A DNA stretch of 64,000 bases. Origin: Thermodesulfobacteriota bacterium. Lineage in GTDB: Bacteria > Desulfobacterota > Binatia > Bin18. The position numbers and the translations under genes are program-made. Where the stretch lies: positions 32,001-96,000 of the forward strand of contig OZ219926.1 in assembly GCA_964291405.2 (NCBI GenBank), read 5' to 3'. Below, one piece after another: positions 57,372 through 64,000 of this stretch (position 1 is its first letter; every line of letters starts with the position of its first letter). A model generated the notes under the pieces. That model made no database searches. It was given only the letters and a program-made list of their open reading frames with translations, and was not told where the DNA came from.

Positions 57372-58673
57372 ATGAACTGGATCTGGTTCGGCCTTATTGT
57401 CGGTTCTGTTGTGACCGCCGCTTTTACCGGCAAGATGGCTGAGGTCACGGCCGCCTCAATAGACTCGGCCAAATCTGCCGTGACGCTGGCCATCGGTCTG
57501 GTCGGCGTGATGGCCTTTTGGTTGGGCATGCTGCGCATTGTGCAAGTTGGCGGTTTTCTGCACGCCCTGGCGCGCTGGCTGCGTCCCCTCATGGTGCGAT
57601 TGTTTCCTGACGTTCCGGCTGATCATCCGGCTCTGAGTGCCATGATTATGAATATCGCCTCCAATATGCTGGGTCTGGGGAACGCGGCTACTCCCTTCGG
57701 CATCAAGGCCATGCAGGAGCTTGACAGCCTCAATCCTCATAAAGGCACGGCGACCAACGCCATGGTTTTATTCCTGGCCATCAATACCTCGAATGTTGCC
57801 CTGGCTCCCCTTGGGGTGATTGCGCTGAGAGCATCGATAGGGTCAGAAAACGCGGCGGGTATTTGGCTGCCCACTCTTCTGGCCACCTCATTCTCGACCT
57901 GCGTTGGTATTCTCGCGGCGAAGCTCTTGCAGAGACTCCCCGTATTCAGCGCGGGCGACCGCGCTGCTGAGCAGGAAGAAAATACCTCTGAGATCGACTT
58001 GCCGGAAGAGGAAACACTGGGCGCTGAGCAGTCGACTTCCCGACCGGGCTGTCTGCTGGCTCTCTTGTCTGTTGGAGCGATTGGGGTCGCCTTTCTCTTG
58101 TTCCTGCAATCCGGCTTGAGCGACGGTCAGCCGCTTGGTCCGCTGCTGCGTAACGCCGTATCGGCTTGGCTTTTGCCGGTGCTGATCGTGGTGATGCTCG
58201 GCTACGGCATTGCCAAAAGAGTGGCTATGTACGATGCCATGATCGAAGGAGCAAAAGAGGGCTTCCAGGTGGCCATCAGGATTATTCCGTTTCTTGTCGC
58301 CATTCTTGTTGCCGCTGGCATGTTTAGGGCTTCGGGTTTATTGGATGTGATGATTGCCGGCGTACAGCCTGTTCTGGGTCTTATCGGATTTCCCGCCGAG
58401 GCCTTGCCGATGGCTATCCTGCGGCCCTTATCCGGCTCTGGCGCCTACGCCATTATGGCTGAGATCCTACAAGCCGAAGGGCCGGACAGCTTGGTTGGCT
58501 ATCTCGTTTCCACGCTCCAGGGCAGCACGGAAACGACTTTCTACGTTTTAGCTGTGTATTTTGGTGCGGTTGGCGTGGTCCGTATTCGACACGCCCTAGT
58601 CGCCGGATTGACCGCGGATATCGCTGGGGTTATCGGAGCAGTTATCGCCGTCCAGTGGCTATTAATAGGATAA
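57372..58673 (+). CDS. SpmA/SpmB fusion (nucleoside-recognition Gate domain) membrane protein
   Basis: NMLGLGNAATPFGIKAM, RPLSGSGA, GSTETTFYV. Confidence 0.88.
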   Translation: MNWIWFGLIVGSVVTAAFTGKMAEVTAASIDSAKSAVTLAIGLVGVMAFWLGMLRIVQVGGFLHALARWLRPLMVRLFPDVPADHPALSAMIMNIASNMLGLGNAATPFGIKAMQELDSLNPHKGTATNAMVLFLAINTSNVALAPLGVIALRASIGSENAAGIWLPTLLATSFSTCVGILAAKLLQRLPVFSAGDRAAEQEENTSEIDLPEEETLGAEQSTSRPGCLLALLSVGAIGVAFLLFLQSGLSDGQPLGPLLRNAVSAWLLPVLIVVMLGYGIAKRVAMYDAMIEGAKEGFQVAIRIIPFLVAILVAAGMFRASGLLDVMIAGVQPVLGLIGFPAEALPMAILRPLSGSGAYAIMAEILQAEGPDSLVGYLVSTLQGSTETTFYVLAVYFGAVGVVRIRHALVAGLTADIAGVIGAVIAVQWLLIG

Positions 58674-58718
58674 CGGCCACTGGACGGGGTTCGTACGGCA
58701 GATTCATTCAGACCGGGA

Positions 58719-60140
58719 TTATTCGGGAGATGGAGCCGTCTGGGTGCCGGTGCGTAATTCTTCCATATCGTCTGGGTCGGGCATGACCACAAACTCCGGA
58801 TAGGCTTCGATGCCGAGTTCCATGGCATCTTGACCGACCTCTTCGACGCTGCGCGAAACCCGGACCCCAACGGTCTTTTCCAGCGCCAGCCACACCCCCC
58901 ACGAAGTCACGAAGGCAAACACCCCTATCGCCAGCACCCCGAGGAGTTGGACGCCGATATTGCCGCCCGCCGCGATACAGACCGCCAGCGTTCCCCAGAT
59001 ACCGGCGAACAGATGGGCCGGTATCGCACCGACCACATCGTCCAGCTTCATATTCTCCAGCAGTCTCATGCCGCCCAGGCACACCACCCCGCCAATCGCT
59101 CCGATGATGACTGCCCAATATGGCTTCACAATATCCGGTCCCGCGGTAATAGAGACGAGGCCGGCAATCGCACCGTTGAGAACGGCAAGCAGATCGATCC
59201 GTCCGAGTAAGGGTCGTGAGACGCATAAGGCAGCCACGACTCCCGCAGCCGCCGCCAGATTCGTGTTGGCAAGCACATTACTCATGGCCACCGCGTCCAC
59301 CGCGCCACCCAGGGCGAGTTGTGAGCCACCGTTAAAGCCGAGCCAGCCAAACCACAGAATGAGTACGCCTAAGGTCACGAAAGGGACGTTCGAGGGAGGG
59401 GTGGGTTTGACGCTGCCGTCAGGTCGGAACTTGCCCGTTCGCGGTCCCACGACCATGGCGCCGGCCAGCGCGGCCCAGCCGCCGGTCGAATGGACGATGG
59501 TGGAACCGGCGAAGTCCTGAAACCCCATTTCATTCAGCCAGCCTCCGCCCCAGGTCCAGGCTCCAATAATGGGATAGATAATTGCCGTCAAAACGGTCGT
59601 GAAGGCAAGAAACGACCACAGCCTGACCCGTTCGGCCAGGGTGCCGGATACAATCGAGGCAGCCGTCGCGACAAAGACCATCTGGAAGAACCAGTCCGAC
59701 ATGACGGCGTAGCCGTTGGCGATGACAGCGGCCAGAGCCTCTGCCTGGTCGGACAACAGGGCCAGTTCATCGGCCGAAGGGCCGTACAGAAAGGTCACCG
59801 AGCCGATCCAGGAGCCGACATCGACGTACATCAGATTGTAGCCGATGAAGTAATAGGCCAGACCTGCAACCGAGTACAACCCGATGTTCTTGAGACAGAT
59901 CACAGAAGCGTTCTTCGTGCGTACCGAGCCAGACTCCAGCATGGTGAAGCCCGCACACATCCACATCACCAGCGCTCCCCAGATGAGAAACGAAAAGGTG
60001 TTCAGAACAAACTGTGACTCTTCATCCACGGCCGCCTGTGCAGCATCGGCCTGTAACAGGAGGCTGAAAGCCACGAGCAACGCTCCTGTTCTCACAACAC
60101 TTCGACTAGACTTCCCTCGTCCATCTCTGCCTCTGTTCAT
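58719..60140 (-). CDS. amt: Ammonium transporter (Amt family)
   Basis: GFTMLESG, FFQMVF, DFAGSTIVH, WFGWLGFNGGS, DDVVGAIPAH; GGAGG RBS before ATG 60140. Confidence 0.94.
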   Translation of the reverse strand: MNRGRDGRGKSSRSVVRTGALLVAFSLLLQADAAQAAVDEESQFVLNTFSFLIWGALVMWMCAGFTMLESGSVRTKNASVICLKNIGLYSVAGLAYYFIGYNLMYVDVGSWIGSVTFLYGPSADELALLSDQAEALAAVIANGYAVMSDWFFQMVFVATAASIVSGTLAERVRLWSFLAFTTVLTAIIYPIIGAWTWGGGWLNEMGFQDFAGSTIVHSTGGWAALAGAMVVGPRTGKFRPDGSVKPTPPSNVPFVTLGVLILWFGWLGFNGGSQLALGGAVDAVAMSNVLANTNLAAAAGVVAALCVSRPLLGRIDLLAVLNGAIAGLVSITAGPDIVKPYWAVIIGAIGGVVCLGGMRLLENMKLDDVVGAIPAHLFAGIWGTLAVCIAAGGNIGVQLLGVLAIGVFAFVTSWGVWLALEKTVGVRVSRSVEEVGQDAMELGIEAYPEFVVMPDPDDMEELRTGTQTAPSPE

Positions 60141-60191
60141 GCTCGCCTCCAATCCTGTTTCGACTAACTGGCTGCCACAAGAACTACGAAC

Positions 60192-60243
60192 AAGAGTAAA
60201 CGTGTCTAGCTTTTTTGGATGATTGGAGGACACGTTTACTCTT
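60192..60243. repeat. Family C element
   Basis: AAGAGTAAACGTGTC...GACACGTTTACTCTT (15-bp perfect inverted repeat). Confidence 0.82.
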
Positions 60244-60309
60244 TCAAGCAGATGCATGCAGTCTTGGGCAATACCAGACCCATGCATGTATTCCGGGTAG
60301 GGGGAGTCC

Positions 60310-60615
60310 TCAGACCGATAAGGCTTCGGACTTCTCTACCGTATATTTCTTTGCGTCCAGGGCTCCCGCCAGCAGGCTGGGGGCTTCTTTGAGAAAATTT
60401 TGCAGATGCTCGGTCTGAAAGTGGGCGGCAAGTGCCTCTTCTGACTCCCATTCCTCGAAGAGAAAGAAGGTATGTTCAGCGGTTGCCGCAGTGTGGAACT
60501 GATAACTGATGCAGCCCGGCTCTTTGAGGGTCTCCTCCACCATCTTGACGGCAAGAGCCTTGGCGTCATTCCAGCGCTCAGCCTTGACCGGGATTGTCCC
60601 TGCAATAACGATCAT
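60310..60615 (-). CDS. ABM-domain (putative quinol monooxygenase) protein
   Basis: EPGCISY, FEEWES, AHFQTEH. Confidence 0.88.
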   Translation of the reverse strand: MIVIAGTIPVKAERWNDAKALAVKMVEETLKEPGCISYQFHTAATAEHTFFLFEEWESEEALAAHFQTEHLQNFLKEAPSLLAGALDAKKYTVEKSEALSV

Positions 60616-60959
60616 ACGCGTCCTCCTTATCCGTTGAAGTATCGGTCGGCTAAGATCACGGCAGACTTGAACTCAGGAGAGAGGAAGAAAGCGGGAAGTA
60701 ATACAAGGGGATGTAACCGGAGTCAGACTTTATGCATAGAACTACCGGTAACGTCTGTCAAACAAATAATTTTTTGAAACCGTCTGACGGGTAAACTACA
60801 AAAATGAATATTGGACTATAGTCAGAAGCGAATATTCCGGAATTTTGGGGTTATCCATTCAGTTAAAAATGGACACTTTCCGACATGCCTGCTTTGTGAA
60901 CTTCACGAGAAGAGCAGGGAAAGATACGGTGGGGGTCATATCACCAGAAGGAGGGCACG

Positions 60960-61829
60960 ATGTCGGATTTTGAATCTGTCTTGTATGAGATCCCCGCGGA
61001 GCACATAGCACGTATTGTGTTAAACCGGCCGGAGACACGAAACGCTCAGGATACCAAGCTGCTGTATGAATTGAATGCGGCCTTTGACCGTGCGGCGCAA
61101 GATGATGCAGTTAAGGTCATTATCCTGGCTGCAAACGGGCCTCATTTTTCGTCCGGCCATGATCTGCGAGAGCCCAACGTGTACGAGAAAATGTCTGAAT
61201 TCGAGACGGTGGGAACCTGGTGCGGGTTTACCTGTGCGGGTGCCGAGAGGCAGATGGCGCGTGAGAAAGAAATCTACGTTGGCTTTTGTGAACGCTGGCG
61301 TAATATTCCCAAGCCAACGCTGGCCGCGGTACAAGGCAAGGTTATTGCCGGAGGACTGATGCTGATCTGGCCCTGCGATATCATTATCGCCAGCGACGAT
61401 GCGCAATTCTGCGACCCGGTGGTGAACTTTGGTATTGGCGGGGTAGAGTTTTTCGCTCACCCCTGGGAAGTCGGCGCGCGGAAGGCCAAAGAGATGCTCT
61501 TCACCTCAGACTGGCTATCGGTCGAAGAGGCGAAGCAACTCGGCATGGTGAATCAAATCGTCCCTCGGGAGAAACTCGACGAAACCGTATTAGCCATGGC
61601 CCAAAAGATTGCAAAAAAATCCCTGTTTGCCCTGAAGCTGACCAAAGAGGCGGTCAACGTGGCGGAAGATGCGCAGGGTCGGGTCCAATCCATGCAAACG
61701 TCTTTTGCCTTGCATCAACTTGCCCACACCCACTGGCTGGAGCAGTATGGCGTACTCTTGGACCCAACCGGCTTACCGCCTGAAACGGCCAAAGCCATCG
61801 GCGCAAAACTCAAGCAGAAAGAGACCTGA
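60960..61829 (+). CDS. Enoyl-CoA hydratase family
   Basis: LNRPETRNA, FSSGHDL, KPTLAAVQG. Confidence 0.92.
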   Translation: MSDFESVLYEIPAEHIARIVLNRPETRNAQDTKLLYELNAAFDRAAQDDAVKVIILAANGPHFSSGHDLREPNVYEKMSEFETVGTWCGFTCAGAERQMAREKEIYVGFCERWRNIPKPTLAAVQGKVIAGGLMLIWPCDIIIASDDAQFCDPVVNFGIGGVEFFAHPWEVGARKAKEMLFTSDWLSVEEAKQLGMVNQIVPREKLDETVLAMAQKIAKKSLFALKLTKEAVNVAEDAQGRVQSMQTSFALHQLAHTHWLEQYGVLLDPTGLPPETAKAIGAKLKQKET

Positions 61830-61837
61830 GGACGAGC

Positions 61838-61890
61838 AAAGAGGAAACGTGTCCAGCATCTCAACGCTATTGGAGGACTCGTTTCCTCTT
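61838..61890. repeat. Family C element between convergent genes
   Basis: AAAGAGGAAACGTGTCC...GGACTCGTTTCCTCTT. Confidence 0.8.
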
Positions 61891-61894
61891 CGAG

Positions 61895-62920
61895 TTAGAA
61901 GGCTGTTTTCCAGCCTCCCTGGGGCTGGATGTTCTTGGCTTCAGGGATCACGCTGGCGCTAAACTGCTGCATCTGGTCTTCAAGCTCGGACAGTTGTCCG
62001 GACGGGCAGTCAAAGAAACATACCATCAGTCCATAGCCTTCTTTGGCAAAACCGTGGAGGTCTTCGAGGACTTGTTCTGCCGTGCCCGTACAGATGCGGC
62101 GTGGTTGCTCCTGACTGAGAGGGTCGGACGGTGAGGTGAGGCGGGCCGAACTCACGCCCATCATGATAAACTCATCGTGCGGACGACCGATTGCATCCAG
62201 CTCTTTTCGGATCAATGTTTGTTCTTTGGTGTAACGGTCCGGCCGCGCAAAGGGATCGAGAAAAATCGGATAAAAGCCGTCGCATAAGCGTGCTGCCCGT
62301 CGGGCGCCGCCAGGGGTGACGCCGCCATAGATAATCGGGGGTGGCTGTTGCAGCGGCTTGGGGTCCATGGACAGCGAGGCAAACTGATAAAAACGGCCTT
62401 GGTAGCTGACGACATCGTCCGTCCACGAGCGCTTGTAGACCTCTATACATTCGTCGGTCCGCGGGCCACGTTCGGCATAGGGAATACCGATGGCGCCGAA
62501 CTCCTCCTGCATCCAGCCGGCCCCAACTCCGAACAGCAGCCGCCCTTTTGAGAGCTGATCGATGGTCGCAAACTGGCGGGCGTCGCTAAGGGGGTTGCGA
62601 TAGGGGGAAATGAGGACACTCGTGCCGAGCTTGAGGCTGGTCGTCGTATGGGCAACGGCGCCCATCACCACGGCAGCGTCGAACATGGTATGGCGCGGCT
62701 CATAGGCTCGACTGCCTGAGGCGTTAGCGACATGCTCGCTTTCCGAGGCCATGGGCATACACACATGGTCCGGAAACCACATGGAGTGAAAGCCCAGGCG
62801 TTCCGCGAACTGGGCGGTTTCTACTGGCTGAAGCTGATCCGCGGGAAGGGAACGGGCCAGGACGTTCTGGTCATCCCGATAGGCTAGGCCGTGCGTAGTC
62901 GCATATATGCCAATTTCCAT
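61895..62920 (-). CDS. LLM, probable F420-dependent oxidoreductase
   Basis: WFPDHV, LGTSVL, LSKGRLLFGVGAGWMQEEF. Confidence 0.9.
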   Translation of the reverse strand: MEIGIYATTHGLAYRDDQNVLARSLPADQLQPVETAQFAERLGFHSMWFPDHVCMPMASESEHVANASGSRAYEPRHTMFDAAVVMGAVAHTTTSLKLGTSVLISPYRNPLSDARQFATIDQLSKGRLLFGVGAGWMQEEFGAIGIPYAERGPRTDECIEVYKRSWTDDVVSYQGRFYQFASLSMDPKPLQQPPPIIYGGVTPGGARRAARLCDGFYPIFLDPFARPDRYTKEQTLIRKELDAIGRPHDEFIMMGVSSARLTSPSDPLSQEQPRRICTGTAEQVLEDLHGFAKEGYGLMVCFFDCPSGQLSELEDQMQQFSASVIPEAKNIQPQGGWKTAF

Positions 62921-63017
62921 ACGTCTCCCTGTGTGCATATGTTATGGCGCTGTCTAGTCAATGAAGACATTGAGAGCGCGGACGCACGAGTGTTCTTTAC
63001 CCTACGAAGCGACCTGG

Positions 63018-63254
63018 TTAAGCGGCTTGCTTCCCCAGCGCGGCTTGGATTTCCCTATTGTCGGGAAAGACGCCGGTTTTGAGCTTGGAGTAAATTTTTG
63101 CCCCGTTGACAATGACCTCGAACCGGCCGTCGTCATACGGGACCAGGGTCAGTCCCTGAACCTGTTGTTTGTTGTGGGTCAATATATATTCCGCCAAACT
63201 GACGGCTTCGGGCTCATAGCTTCACGCTGCGCAATATTCAATTTGGATATTCAT
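63018..63254 (-). CDS. SelW/SelT/Rdx family selenoprotein, 78 aa, in-frame TGA (63224-63222) read as Sec
   Basis: MNIQIEYCAA-U-SYEPEAVSLAEYILTHNKQQVQGLTLVPYDDGRFEVIVNGAKIYSKLKTGVFPDNREIQAALGKQAA*; AGGAGG RBS; CxxU and GxFEV..NG..IYSK..TG.FP motifs. Confidence 0.9.
63191..63205 (-). promoter_or_regulatory. Putative bacterial SECIS hairpin
   Basis: mRNA CCGUCA-GUU-UGGCGG; stem begins 16 nt after the UGA; G in the apical loop. Confidence 0.6.
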
Positions 63255-63330
63255 ACTGCCTCCTGTCTGCGATCTGTACCACACTCGGGAATCAGGCTCA
63301 ACGAAATGAGCGGTGCGAGACAGGCTGACT

Positions 63331-63359
63331 TTGCTTTCTTGACCCGTGTGGTCTATGCT
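63331..63359 (+). promoter_or_regulatory. Putative sigma70 promoter
   Basis: TTGCTT-17-TATGCT upstream of AAGGAG and ATG 63403. Confidence 0.45.
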
Positions 63360-63402
63360 CCGGTCAAAGAAGCGTAAATTCCCTGTGTGAAGGAGAGGGA
63401 CC

Positions 63403-64000
63403 ATGAATTGGCGTGATCATTGTGGAGATAAGCTGGTCTCTGCTCAAGAGGCGGTCGGGTGTGTGCGTAATGGTGACTCTGTACAGTTCAATTGGTTACA
63501 CGCCACCCCGCTCTCGCTGTGCGAGGCCCTTCTCGGGCGTAAAGAAGAGCTGCGCGAAGTAAAAATTGGCACCATCGGTCCGCTTTTTGATTGGGACCAA
63601 CCTGGCGCGGACCAGGCCTTCACCATTCAGACTCCTTACTTAGGCACGACCACCCGTCCGCTCATGGGAAAAAAGAATATGGACTTCATTCCGGTGATGT
63701 ATTATCGCCGGGGTGAACTCCCCCCAGGCATAGTCTGCGACGTGTATATGACTCCGGTTTCCGCGCCCGACAAGCACGGTTATTGCAGTTTTGGACATAG
63801 CTTATTCATGTCCAAAACGATGGCTGCCGCGGCTCGGACGGTCGTAGCCGAGGTCCAGGAAGACTTTATTCGAACCGGCGGAGAGAATTATATTCATGTG
63901 TCTGAGATCGATTATTTTGTAGAACCCACGCGGCCTGCGGCCGAACTCCCGGCCACGCAACGCAGTGAAGAAGAAACTGCTATGACCGAGGTCATCTGTA
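63403..64000 (+). CDS. Acetyl-CoA hydrolase / 4-hydroxybutyrate CoA-transferase family, truncated by the window edge
   Basis: MNWRDHCGDKLVSAQEAV..., VSAPDKHGYCSFG, VVAEV, IHVSEIDYFVE; open to the end of the window. Confidence 0.88.
   Translation, partial: MNWRDHCGDKLVSAQEAVGCVRNGDSVQFNWLHATPLSLCEALLGRKEELREVKIGTIGPLFDWDQPGADQAFTIQTPYLGTTTRPLMGKKNMDFIPVMYYRRGELPPGIVCDVYMTPVSAPDKHGYCSFGHSLFMSKTMAAAARTVVAEVQEDFIRTGGENYIHVSEIDYFVEPTRPAAELPATQRSEEETAMTEVIC

Noticed and set aside
57372-58673. SpmAB as evidence of sporulation
   Set aside because: The family is widespread in non-sporulating bacteria; no other sporulation genes are present
60616-60959. AT-rich 340-bp divergent intergenic region as a possible ncRNA or riboswitch
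   Set aside because: No recognisable conserved motif or strong structure by eye; an Rfam/Infernal scan would be needed
6149-61890. Palindromic repeats as a possible CRISPR array or integron attC sites
   Set aside because: Dispersed rather than regularly spaced; no unique spacers, cas genes, integron integrase or RYYYAAC/GTTRRRY ends
62961-63377. 138-aa plus-strand ORF
   Set aside because: Antisense shadow of the Rdx selenoprotein, which has the RBS, family motifs and SECIS-like hairpin

Overview
GC-rich bacterial genomic DNA, mostly a dense run of catabolic and redox genes: two hydantoinase/oxoprolinase B genes plus one A gene, five luciferase-like monooxygenases (LLMs), SDRs, enoyl-CoA hydratases, acyl-CoA dehydrogenase, a desaturase, MOSC, GST-like and DAO-family proteins. 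It also carries selD (fused to an FAD oxidoreductase), DAHP synthase, an Amt transporter and a PspA/DUF350/DUF4178/aminopropyltransferase/K+ channel cluster. The gene content resembles sponge-associated Binatia/Entotheonella-like bacteria (inference only). There are two accessory islands. (i) 8.6-12.7 kb, just after selD: an ABC-ATPase + PIN pair, a trypsin-like protease and an HNH-like gene, interleaved with a 173-bp copy of the selD 3' end and a 3' remnant resembling hsdM. (ii) 27.9-35.4 kb: a translationally coupled pair with an ADP-ribosyltransferase/RES-like motif, facing a ~2060-aa helical-repeat/PIN giant. Two secreted proteins with unrelated N-termini share a poly-Pro linker and a duplicated Cys-containing C-terminal module. 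A SelW/Rdx selenoprotein (CAAU, with a SECIS-like hairpin) that the ORF track misses lies at 63018-63254. At least five families of short palindromic intergenic repeats occur, one nested inside another. No rRNA, tRNA, CRISPR array, integrase or transposase was recognised. All family calls come from motif recognition by eye, not from database searches.
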